Source: Zygnema circumcarinatum SAG 698-1b (Eukaryota > Plantae > Zygnematophyceae). From it: a DNA stretch of 64,000 nucleotides. Shown here piece by piece: positions 23,782 to 34,727 of the stretch. The stretch covers positions 4,689,909 to 4,753,908 of the forward strand of contig CM074804.1 in NCBI GenBank assembly GCA_037447605.1, given 5' to 3'. Made by a program: the position numbers and the translations under genes. Below the pieces are notes generated by a model. The model made no database searches, was not told the DNA's origin, and saw nothing but the letters and a program-made list of their open reading frames with translations. How positions within the stretch are numbered: position 1 is the stretch's first letter; every line of letters begins with the position of its first letter.

Positions 23782-24573
23782 ATGGCTCATGGCTGCTGCT
23801 CTGCGCCTCGGCCGGCTGCCGGCAGTCTGCAGATGATCCGAGCGTGCTCTCCTATGTGGCAGACAACCGTCTCGCAGCCGCAGAGCGTTGCCTGCATTGC
23901 CAGGTCTGCGAAATCTAGGAGACCGCAGGCCCAGGGGAGCTCCTCGGAAAGGCAAGGAGGGAGAGACACGTGGCCCGCGCTGAAGAGTTTGGAAGGAGAG
24001 AGAGGGGCTGAATGGAGGAAAAGGGAGGCGGAGTGGCTGGCTCTTGCGGAGCAGTGGAAGAAGGAGACTGCTGCTCTTGTTGACCAAAGGGATGGCCTCA
24101 AACAGGAGCTTGTCGCGATCAGGAGAGAGATTAGGTCTGTGCAGCTTCCGAAAGAGGGGAGGGATGAAGGCGTTGCTGAGCTCTCCATGGTGGATCAGGA
24201 AGAGGGCACATACGAGGAGGCAAGGGATCCTCTGTATAGATTGGAGAAGGTGGAGAGAGTTGACAAGATAGACGGGAATCCCAGTCGTACAAACTTGACT
24301 GAAGCCCAAGATATTTCAGAATCCTATGATCGAGATGAATATAAAAAGCCAGACCTTCTACTTTCACAAGGTCCAAGTGAGGCCGATGGTGACGCAGGAG
24401 TGAGTGCGGCACGGGAGATTGAAGGGCAGCAAATGCTTGGGATAGAGGTTGTAAGTGACAAACTAAGTCGACATCGACGTTTGAGGAAGTTTGACGCAAC
24501 TCAATATGTTATGAATGCCCTGAGGACGCAGCACATGCGAGCATGGTTGAAACGTCGCGAAATCGAGGAATAG
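23782..24573 (+). CDS. Hypothetical 263-aa coiled-coil protein, possibly plastid-targeted
   Basis: Single long ORF with a Ser/Arg/Ala-rich N-terminus, a helical segment AEWRKREAEWLALAEQWKKETAALVDQRDGLKQELVAIRREI, and an acidic middle. No family recognised. Confidence 0.6.
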   Translation: MAHGCCSAPRPAAGSLQMIRACSPMWQTTVSQPQSVACIARSAKSRRPQAQGSSSERQGGRDTWPALKSLEGERGAEWRKREAEWLALAEQWKKETAALVDQRDGLKQELVAIRREIRSVQLPKEGRDEGVAELSMVDQEEGTYEEARDPLYRLEKVERVDKIDGNPSRTNLTEAQDISESYDRDEYKKPDLLLSQGPSEADGDAGVSAAREIEGQQMLGIEVVSDKLSRHRRLRKFDATQYVMNALRTQHMRAWLKRREIEE

Positions 24574-25065
24574 AATGTACATTCAATTGCAGAGGAAGTC
24601 AATGAAATCATGACCTGGAACAAAACTTGGCTGTTTCTTATTCATTAGTGGAGCATCCTAATCTCCCTCGTTACTGCCTTTCTACTTTTCATTGGTCAGT
24701 TGAAAATGTTTTTCAGCACAGAGACAGCGAGGATTATTCATGAAATATGTGAAAGTTTATTCCTGAACACGATATGAGGTGTGGATTGTGCATATCCAAG
24801 CGATTCGGTACAAGTTGTACATTCATTTCCTTCAAGCACTTGTAATCCGCGAAGTCTTTATACTTTGAAGATGTTTTATCTTGAAAACATTGAAATGGGA
24901 GGACTCTCAGCTTGTAGAATGCTCGCGTGGGACGATGGGTTATCAAGGACTTCAGTTCGTGTGAGACTTAGAGAGGGCGGCACTGCCGAAGTGTATTGCG
25001 ACACAGCGGCCATTGCACTCCGAGGCCGAGGCTGAGGCCAAGGCCAGGATCGCAAAGCCAGCAAC

Positions 25066-25210
25066 GGCCGCATACATGCATACATACATACATACATGGC
25101 CGCGTACATACATACATACATGGCCGCGTACATACATACATACATGGCCGCGTACATACATACATACATGGCCGCATACATACATACATACAGTACATAC
25201 ATACATACAT
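25066..25210. repeat. (ATAC)n microsatellite punctuated by ATGGCCGC(G/A)T, forming a 20-24 bp minisatellite
   Basis: catacatacatggccgcgtacatacatacata repeated about four times. Confidence 0.9.
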
Positions 25211-25292
25211 CCTATGTGCATATGCTTGTCGCAACTTTTACTGTCCGTTCGAGCGTACTGTATTCCCTACACATGAACTAGTTTTAATGTTT

Positions 25293-25415
25293 GGAAAGTA
25301 CTATTTACAGTCACTTTTTTTTTCTGAAAACAGTCACTTTTTCGCCGGGCAGCCTTTACAAAGGATTTTTTGGCGAAAAATGCTGTTTCATACTTTTGTA
25401 GAATAGATACTGTAG
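25293..25415. mobile_element. Highly diverged left end of the GGG-TIR element family
   Basis: ggaaagtactattt...gccgggcag...aaaggattttt...aaaatgctgtttcatacttttgtagaatagatac aligns loosely by eye with 1989-2102. Confidence 0.4.
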
Positions 25416-25526
25416 AGACTTTTTTTCGTCGGGTGTACGGATACCCTTATACTGTACTTTGTAGACGCGCGCGCTTCGTACATTCAAATCACCATCAATC
25501 ACCATCACCATTCCAATCACCTTTCT

Positions 25527-25680
25527 CTCATTCTCTCTCTCTCTTTCTCTCTTTCTCTATTTCTCTCTTTCTCTCTTTCTCTCTTTCTCTCTTTCTCTTT
25601 CTCTCTTTTTCTCTCTCTCTCTCAATATATATATCTCTCCCTTTTTCTCTCTCTGCTATACTTCGCTCTCTCTCTCTGCG
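25527..25680. repeat. (TC)n-rich microsatellite tract followed by poly-G at a gap
   Basis: Direct reading. Confidence 0.9.
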
Positions 25681-25763
25681 AATGTGTTTGCGGACGTTGC
25701 GTTGATGTGTGAGAGGAGAAACAAAAAAAAAGGGGGGGGGGGGGGGGGGGGGGNNNNNNNNNN

Positions 25764-25855
25764 GGGGAGGGAAGAGGATAGCCAAAATGAAAGTACGAAT
25801 TTTCCTGAAAAGGGGGAGAGGATATCCAAAAAGGGGGGAGATTGTATCATTTTCC
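25764..25855. mobile_element. Right end of a TTAA-type TIR element (left part lost in the gap)
   Basis: ggatatccaaaaaggggggagattgtatcattttcc followed by TTAA (25856-25859). Matches the right ends at 16790-16825 and 2750-2785. Confidence 0.55.
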
Positions 25856-25892
25856 TTAAAAAAAACCGGGTTTTAAATCGAAATTTTTAATA

Positions 25893-26235
25893 GGGTAATG
25901 TTATTTCCACCCTTTTTTGGATCAAAACACGCCTTCCCGGCCGGGCAGATTTTAAAAGGGCTTAAATAGGGAAAATGCTTTTTTCACACCTTTTAGAATC
26001 GATACAAGGCAAATTTTATTTTTGCAAAACAAGGAAAATGAACCCGTTAATTTGATTTGAATATCTCGTCCCCCTGAATTTTTTTTTTGAGATAAAAAAA
26101 ATATCGGCCTGCCCGAATCCGCTCGGAGCGAAAGATCCGTCCGCCACGAGATCGTTCGCGGGTGTGCGCCCTTCACACTTGCAGTAAATTTCAGCCGTCG
26201 ATTTTCTCACAGATCGCCCCACGGCAACCGTTAGA
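25893..26235. mobile_element. Truncated left part of the GGG-TIR element family
   Basis: gggtaatgttatttccaccc...cttcccggccgggcagat...gcctgcccgaatccgctcggagcg...cacgagatcgttcgcgggtgt is colinear with 1989-2340. No matching right end found. Confidence 0.85.
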
Positions 26236-26375
26236 TCCCCAGCCGGGCTCCGTCCCGCCGCAGGCAGGCAGGCGGGCTGGCAGCGCTCTGGCGAGGCCCG
26301 CGCGGCCCCTCCCCGTACTACCGTTGTACGGCACGAACACGCCGTACGAATAGCCGTACGGTCATCGGCGGCCGG

Positions 26376-29300
26376 TGTAGCACAAGATAAGTGGGGTTAA
26401 ACAAAGACTGCTGAGCTAGCTGCAGGTGCTGTACGGCCACTCGCGCGTCCGTGCTGAAACTGACGTAGGGTTGGGGTGGTGCTGTGGGTCTGCCTGCAGC
26501 ATAGAGCCAGGATCCGGGGGATTCAGAGGTACGCGCAGCGGAAGACGTAGGGATTCTGAAGACGTTCCCACCGGCGGCTGGACTTGATGCGCAAAGAGCC
26601 ATTCCTCCTCCCCCGTCCTCTCCTCGGCTAGCCTCTTAGCTAGGCTCCTAGTGATCATTGGTCATTGAGAGTAATGCAAGGCAGGATAGAGCAAGATAGG
26701 GGCTTGGCATAGTGACCGCAGAGGGAAAACAGGTCACAACTTAGATAAAGGTGGTATTTGGAACCACCCCGTACCAAAATGGGTCGGGTCGGGAATGTCA
26801 TTACAATGAAATTGTCTTCTCAATCAAATCTTTGTCTAACTGGCCTAATACCGGACGCCTACACGCCATCGCCAGTTAAGACTCTTTCTCTCTCTCTCTC
26901 TATCTATGGCATGGAACTCTCTCTCTCTCTCTCTCTCTTACGCAAGATTCCATGTCAGAATCAAGAGGAAGGAAAAGAAGAAAGAAGAACAAGACAACAA
27001 ACCACACAAAGAAATACAAATACTAAGCCCAAAGACTAAAAGACAAAAAGCATCATCGACATCCCATCTACTTAACACTCCATACCCTGAGTCTTAGCAG
27101 CGATGCCTTCTCGACAATAACCGCCTCGAGAGGCCTCGGACCGACTACGCGGGAGCCTTCGGATAGGTCAACTGATGACAATCGGCGGCATCTTGGCGCG
27201 CTCCGAAAGCGTTTTGTCGATGGTGTGTGCCGTTCGCGGGCCGCCAAATCCATGGCGCCGCTTCTCTTCACCGCTGGCGTTCTCTTGATTCCGCCGACCA
27301 CGGTATTACCTGAAGAGGCCTATGTCATACACCGAACGGGACACGCGATCCGGCCGAACGCAGGCTCCGCTTACGCTACATCTCAGAAGACATGCCGGGA
27401 ACAAGCCGCACGTACCGCGCAAGAAAGAAGAGACAAAGGGCAGCTGAGAGCCAATGATGACGCTGGATCGAGTAGCTCTGCGGGTCAGGAGAAGCCGCCG
27501 CTGCTCATTCTACAATGGGGAGTATCTGGAGGACCGATCCAAGAGACATCACGCCGGCTGGCTAAGGTGGGCTAAGGGGAAAAAAGGCGGGAAGTGCGAA
27601 TTGGCGGTGGGAATTAGAAATGGACCAATGAGGAGTCGCTGCAAGTGGGGGTACGCGAGGAGGCCGCTACGGGCGGGTCGCAAACGCCGTACCCATCGCG
27701 CGGGAGGAACTCAAGGACGGGCAGATCTATCGTCGATCGGGCAGAACGCCGCTGGCGCTTCCACTAGAAACCGGCCTTCCAAATGATTGCCCAACCTCGA
27801 TCTCGAACACGACCGACACAAATGAAGGGGCCCAACCACCTTAAAGCCCGAGTCGGTTTGGCAAGATTCTGAGCGGATCAAGTGATGTGGCTACGATTGG
27901 TAGCGGGGAGGAAGCGGCCAGCGTGGCGCCCCGAAGTCAGTGAGTTATGCGCTGTCTTGTAGCGTTGAGGTGGTGGGAGGCCATGGAATCTAGGGTTTCA
28001 GCGTGAGGGCCGTGAGCCTGAGCCGGGCACCATCCGGAAAGCGCTGGGCTATCGCGAAGAGGGGCTCAGCAGAGAGGAGGCCGGTGGAATGGGCTACTTC
28101 GGCCATGTAGAGCTCGTAGGAGCAGGGGCCAGCCGAGTTGAACTGGTGGTGTCAGACGCTGCTACTGTGGGAGGGATTTACTCAGCGCTTCGGGCCCGCT
28201 TCCGCCCGGCTGCTAGCCTCGCCAACGCACGCGATCCTGACCGCCTGTATGGTACGCTCTCGCCAGTTTCCATTCTCGGCCAGTGGGGAGAAAAAGCTGT
28301 GAGGCGCTGTGAATTTACGTAAGCTTCCCGCGATGAGCTCGCAAATGCCCCCTTGTATTCGGTGCCATTGTCAGAGTGGACAGAGTAGGGTAGAGAGTGG
28401 CGGTGAATGATGGCCGTCAGTGTTAGTGTACATAGTTAGTTCAGATTAGCATGTTTGTGTTGGCGCTTAGTTCCTAGGGGTGTGCTTCTAGGTGTGACAT
28501 GTATGGGGACGGACTTACTTCAGCGTGCGCGCGGCGGCGAGACCGACCGCGCAACCGTACGGATAGTATGGACCGTACGGTACGGTCGGTACGGTCGGTA
28601 CGGACAGTACGGCCGGGAGTCCGACATTTGGTACCGCGCCGAGGAATCGGTCCTGGCGTACGGAATCGTGGACCGATGCGGCGGCAAAAGCGCGCGGCTA
28701 AGTCGGGTGGAGGTTTCCGGGCGAGCCTACTACAGACGCAAGATAGCGTCCTCGCTGGTGACGGCGGAAGTTCGAAGACGGCAGAGAGTACATGGCCATC
28801 TGGGTTAGAGCTGTATGCTGGCACGCTGTTGTGCCGGTGTACTATGCATCGCAAAGACACCTAAGTAGCTATTTAGGTTGTTTGAATAAGGTTGTTGCAT
28901 GCATGGTCACGACGCGTGTGACGTGACATGGTCACGCCACAGCCCCATACTATATAGCCGAGAGCCGGGAAGCGTAAGTTAGAAACCTTCTTGATATGCA
29001 TTGCAAGGCTATGGCAGTTTGAAGGCATGGCTTTGGCAATGGTGAGGTGGGACCTTGTGAGAGTCTCCGTGTGTGGAGAGCTGCCTCACGGAAGGTGAAG
29101 TGATCATGTGGTGAAAGCTTGACTAGGCTTATGGGGGCTTGAGTTGGAAAGCTTGTCATCATAAAGGAGTTTTAGTCGGAGCTTTTCCCATGTTTTTCTA
29201 TTCCTACCGGTGTTGTGTGTATTTTACCTGAGTGAAATGAGCTGAGAGTGCCAAGGCACTGTGAGGGAAGCCTATGGACAAAGAAGAGGAGAAAGGGTGG

Positions 29301-32300
29301 AAGGTGAATTTGCTTCTCATCCCTCTGCCCCTTTCACAGTCAGGAGGCGGGCAGAGTGGACGGAATGCTTAGATTCTGTAGCGTGAACCTCTACCCACTT
29401 GGTGTATATGTCCACGGCTAGGAAGACTCGAATGTAGCCAGAGGGGGTGCCGAGCTGGGGGATAGAAAAGGTGTCAATGTTCCAATCTTCGGCGACGCCT
29501 CGTATGGGGATCTCACCCATCTCCGTGGGCTGGCGGTCGGGGAGTGAGCGCTTGCCGCTGGCAACGGGTGCGTGTTTCAATGTAGCGCTCACCGCTACTG
29601 CGGGAGGCCGGGCTAATGATAGCGCCTGCAGAGGGCGACCATCTTCTTCCGGGCCGAGGTGGGAATCCGCCGGCTGGGAATCGGCTTACATCCCACCTAT
29701 GCGCTCATTGGGGAAAGTGAATCAGAAGGCCGAGGGGAGGTACAAAGATTCATCCGCCATCATCAACAATAGTTCCGAGCGCGAGCGTACCGAGCCTCTC
29801 TCGGTGTCCGCGGAAAAGGGGGGCAGCGTGCGGGTCATAACGTAGCGCAGAAGGGAGGAGTCAGAATGGACGTCATTGGCGCTGGGGAAATGGGGAGGAA
29901 GAAAGGGAGCTTCGCCATCGTCATCCATGAGGAGTTCCCACGGATCTGCATGGGGGTGGCCTTGGGTGAAGTCAGGGTCTTGCCAGCGATGGAGGGTGGT
30001 GGCCGTGGCCGGAATATCGATCAGCCCATTTGCGAATAGGACATCATGCAGGGCTTGAGCGGCAATAAAAATCTCAATGGGAAGATGCTCAGGGTTCAAG
30101 AGGGTGGGTGGAGGGATGGGTTCAGGAACGGTCGGATCGTGGCAGAGGAGGGGAGCCGAGGGATCGCGATCGAGGCCATCAAGATCGCCGCGCATCACGT
30201 CGCATCATGAGTATCCTTTAAGTACATTATACTCCTCCAACTTCATCACCCATCGCAAGAAACTTAGGGCGAGGGGTGTTTATGCGCTGTGTGAGGCATG
30301 TGGTCGGGCCCCGATGATAACCCGCTGGTAAATGGAAGAGCTTGAACTTCGGTGCCCCAGAGGATAGCCAGCGCCTCCTCAAGAGGGCCGCATTTGTCTC
30401 GGTTTCTAACAAACCTCGCTAGCATAACCGACCGGGTGTTCCCATCCGGTGAATGCTTGATCGCCACCGCCTAAATCCTGCCCTGACTCAGCCACAATGA
30501 CGGGTTGGCAGGCGGGCTGGAAATTGGATGCGCATGCGAGCCTCGAAGTGAGGGCACTCTTGAGCCGCCGTGGAAGGCCAAATCCCGCGCTGGCTCCATT
30601 CTCGTATTGGACTGCGGCTTCTCCAAGGTACGTAGACGGGCGATAAGGGCGCATAAAATTTCGATTTAACCTACATAGTGGAGGTGAGCCCAAAGCAAGG
30701 ACTTCGAGCCGAAATAGGAGTCCCCAGGAATCGGCATAAAGGCACCGCCTAATCTTGTCGAAAGTGATGGTTTCTGTGCCATTGATGCCGCAGGGCGGTA
30801 CCCTCGAGATGAGTGATCTCCCCGATGGCCCCATTTGCACTTCTTGGGTGCACCAAACGCCAAGACTAATGAGTCAAGCGCATGACTTGGTCAATGATTG
30901 GCAGCGGTGAGATTCACCTCATTGCGGAGGGAGGCATCATCCACGTGAAGGCTCGCAGTAGCTTAATGTGGGTCAATACTTGCTGGCTGTACCGGGTGAG
31001 TCTGGCTGGAATTCTTGAGCCCAAAGCGGGAAGATCGGCCCACCGCGACGGCTGCCGCTGGTTGGCTACAAGGCAGCTCTGCCTTGCGCCGACGGCCCGG
31101 CCGCAGGGGATCTCGCCAGCGGATTTCGCATGTCGTTGCCAAGAACCATGGGTCATCGGGGGAGACGCCAGGAGAATCAGTCCACATCCGGTGAACGCCA
31201 GATCCCACTTCGTTATCAGATTCCGCTTTGTAGTCCCCACGAAAGCCGAGGTGCCATCCGCTTTGGGGGGCGAACGTCAAGGCCCACGTGCCCTTCTCCC
31301 TGTGTTCCATCAATCCCAGCCTACGCTCGCTGACCGGTTGCTCGAGCACGTCAGTCAGCGCGGAAAAGCGTAGGAGTCAGTAATAATACCGAGACGATCC
31401 CCCGCATCAATGTGGTGCCTAATCTCGTGAGTCTTGCCGGCGTCGAAGTGAATGTCGCGCTTAAAACTAGGTGATTTCGGGCGCTAAAGACTTGGCGAGT
31501 GCTAAGAATGCTTGATCGGACCGAGAGGACTCATAGCCCCAATCGTGATTTGCCCCTATTTCCAAATTAACACCTCATCAACATGGTCTCATGGGGGGGG
31601 TGTAGGGGAAAGTGTGGGCAAGTATCACCGGCACAGCTTCTTCCGCCGGGCGCATCGGAGTCGGACTCTGAGGAGCTGTGAGGGGAGTCTCTGGCCATCG
31701 GTATCGAATTGGCCGATCCATAAGAAGAATGGGAGCTGCCGACCGAATGGTACATGGTGATCTCCGGGTAGGAGACCTGCGCCGTGGCGTGGCGCTTGGG
31801 GAAGGCGGAGGTGGTGAGGGACTCGAGGATGATGGGGAAGGAGCAGTCTGTCCCGCCAGCAGATAGGTGCAGTTGACATGTAGCAAAGTCGATTTGTGCT
31901 CCCATCGCCATGAGCCAATCTCAGCCCAAAGAGATAGAATAGTGTTCAGTGGCTGTGATGACTGCATTCACTGTGGCTCCCATCTCGCCAAGACTGATGA
32001 CCACTTGGGCGCTTCCCAATCCTTCATGTAAGCTCCCTTCAACTCCCACATATCGGGGGATGGGCTCAAGTGTCTTGTCCAACTTAACCCCTGCCGCCTT
32101 CATCACAGGCTTGGACAGAACTGTGCGCATAGCCCCCGTGTCGATCATGGCTTTGCTGGGATGACCGTTGAGCCATACATTGACAATGATCCGCACGTTG
32201 GGCGTTGGGATGAGAGGGAGGATCAACTGCCGAGGAGGATGCATGCAGGGAGCGGACTGGTCCGCCGGAGGCGCTTCGTGAGCTACGTGGTGATATTTCC

Positions 32301-34467
32301 GCCGGGCGAGGACGCTCGAGGAGGGGCCATAGAACCGCGGGAGTCGGTGGCTCTCTCTCGCGCCGGCCGCCAGCTGAACTAATGGCGGCGCAAAGACTGC
32401 ACAAGCCGCATCAATCGCGTGACAAGGTAATGCCGATCTTAGCCTTGTCACCCATGAGTTGATGAACCATGCGTTCAATCAGGGATAGGCCGTCTGTCGG
32501 GGGGGGTGGTCGACGATCGGCTGCTTGGGGGTAGAAACGGGCTGCCCGAGGGCGGTGGGGAGGGTTGACGTGCATCTCTTCGGTCGCCGGTGGCGTCGGC
32601 TCTGGTTGCGCCGCTGTCGGTTCCTCTTCATTGAGATCTTCAATGTCCTCCTCGGGCAGGGATCCCAAGGGAGGACCCGTGGAGGGAGGGATGACTGAAG
32701 TTCTTCGGACGGGGGTGGCGACCGATGGAGCCGTGCCCGAGGAACTGGCGCCGGTGACATTGGCAGGGAGGAATGGCAGAGGATGAGAATGAGGATCGCT
32801 TCGGTTGACAGGGAGCCTGCGAAGGGCAGTCTGCAATCTCGGCGATCCGGGCTTGAGCATCCGCTTCAGAAGTGATGGGGGATTCGGACAAGGCCGGTTG
32901 AAATGCCGCGGCAACCTCGGCAGTGCGTGATCGGGCAGCAGGATCGGGCTCAGCACCCAATACGTTTGACAGGGAGGGGGAGTCCATGGGGTGCAGATGG
33001 ATAGGTGGTCGTTGCAGGATGGTGTAAGCGGGTGAAGGAGGTGGAGGCGGGCGAAAGGGAGCCGGTGTTCTCGGTGGTGTGGCAGCACCCACACATCCAT
33101 GAGGTGATCCCCAAGGTGAGCTTCCTGCCGTCTCCCCTTCCGGCCCCTCACTTGCAGAGCTCTCGCATGCACACACGGGTACCCATGTCCGTGACCCGGG
33201 CAGAAGGTGCAGTCCATGGTCCGCAACGCAGCCCGCGGACCAGGATCCAGGCCCGCAGGCAGACAGCATGCCTCCGACCTGCCGCCCATCGACGGCGCAA
33301 ACCGGCCCGCAGCCTTTCTTCAGACGATCGATAAGGAGCCCGATATCTACGAGAAACATCTGGTATGTGAGGATTCACCGCTGGCTCAATGGGATGCGCC
33401 GGATCATGAGGGTACGGGGAAAGGGGAAGGGGCTTGCTCGCGCTGGCTATAGCCAGAGGCTGCACCATAGGGGCTGCCCGGACGTCCTGAGCAGTGACGC
33501 CGGAGAAGGAAGGCTTGTTCCGAGTAGATGTAGCGTAGGGATCGAACAACTGTTGATTCTGTGTCTTCAGGAACTGCTGGTAGAGTCGATCTTGTCTTGG
33601 ATCGGTAGCGTTCATGTAATGTGGTCGTACATGTCGATTGCCTCTCTCTTGATCCTTCTGAATTCGCTCTGCCCTTTCTAACAAGGCTTGGGCANNNNNN
33701 NNNNGGTGCGTCCGTACATCTGTACGGACGACCAGTACGATCCAAAAGGGGGACCGGGGGTGGATACCCATCCCCAAGTACGAGGGGCCCAGCGGGTCTC
33801 CCTCGCGGGTCGGCAGCCATTCTCTCGAATGAGACTAGGCGTCCGGACTGTACGGCTAACGAACCTTTGGCGGTTCGAGCCGAGGACCTCCTTTTGGTCA
33901 ACATAGTATCCCGGAGACCTTACCCCTCGGGTAGGTGCCAGGACGAGAAGAAATACATAGCGTGTACTATGTATATGCCTCCCAGGGTCTCGCTGTAGCG
34001 TTACGCTACACTCTCTCTCTCTTACTTAGCATCTGTTGCTGTAACTGAAGAGGAAGGAAAAGAAGAAAGAAGAACAAGACAACAAACCACACAGCAAATA
34101 CAAATACTAAGCCCAGCACTAAAAGACAAAAAAGCATCACTGACATCCCATCTACTTAACACTGACAATAGATCTTGAGTCTTAGCAGTGACAGTCTCTG
34201 ATTGGCCAACTGCCCCCTGAGAGGCCTGACTGACTACGTGGAGCCTTCGGATAGGTCAACTGATGACAATCGGCGGCATCTTGCGGCGCTTCCGAGTGCG
34301 CCTTGTTGGATGGTGTGCCGTTCCGTGGGCCGCCAACGCATGGCGCCGCCTTCTCTTAATCTCCGTTGGCAGCTCTTGGATTCCGCTGATCCGCGACACG
34401 GAAGAGGCCTATGTCAAGTACAACTGAACGGACGCGGATCCGCCGAACGCAGCTCCGTTACGCTACA
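26376..34467 (-). mobile_element. Full-span Ty3/gypsy copy B, family 1 (3' LTR 26376-27380; partial 5' LTR ~33994-34467), TSD CCGG
   Basis: CCGG at 26372-26375 and 34468-34471. TGTAGC...GCTACA termini. gag with CTFCPGHGHGYPC knuckle (~33200), protease IDTGA (ORF 31921-32478), RT/RNase H ~31200-30200, integrase ~29800-27950. Colinear with copy A. Confidence 0.95.
28421..29338. mobile_element. Solo LTR of a second family inserted in the integrase of copy B
   Basis: TG...CA ends (tgttagt...ttcaca) and a 5-bp TSD GTCAG (28416-28420, 29339-29343). The flanks rejoin to the uninterrupted sequence ggccgtcaggaggcg seen in copy A at ~11368. Confidence 0.9.
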
Positions 34468-34727
34468 CCGGCCCGAGCAGTCGCAGTCGCAGTCGCAGCA
34501 TACGACACAATATGACCGTACGCACACAAAAGCAAGCGGGCGGGTTGACTCGCTCGCTGACTGGCTCACTGACTGACCGACCGACCTCGAGCGTGTGTGC
34601 GTCCGTGCGTGCGTGCGTGCCGAGCGGGTGACCGGGCGGCCGGGCGGCCGGGGGCGGGCGCTGAGGGGGGAGGGGCTGCAAGTAGGGGCGGGGGGCGGGG
34701 AGTCGAGGGAGGGTAGGGCGAGGGAGC

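Noticed and set aside
24876-25406. ORFs with MYVC/HTYI repeats, and a superficially CRISPR-like periodicity
   Set aside because: Translations of the (ATAC)n minisatellite. There are no unique spacers or cas genes, and the context is eukaryotic.
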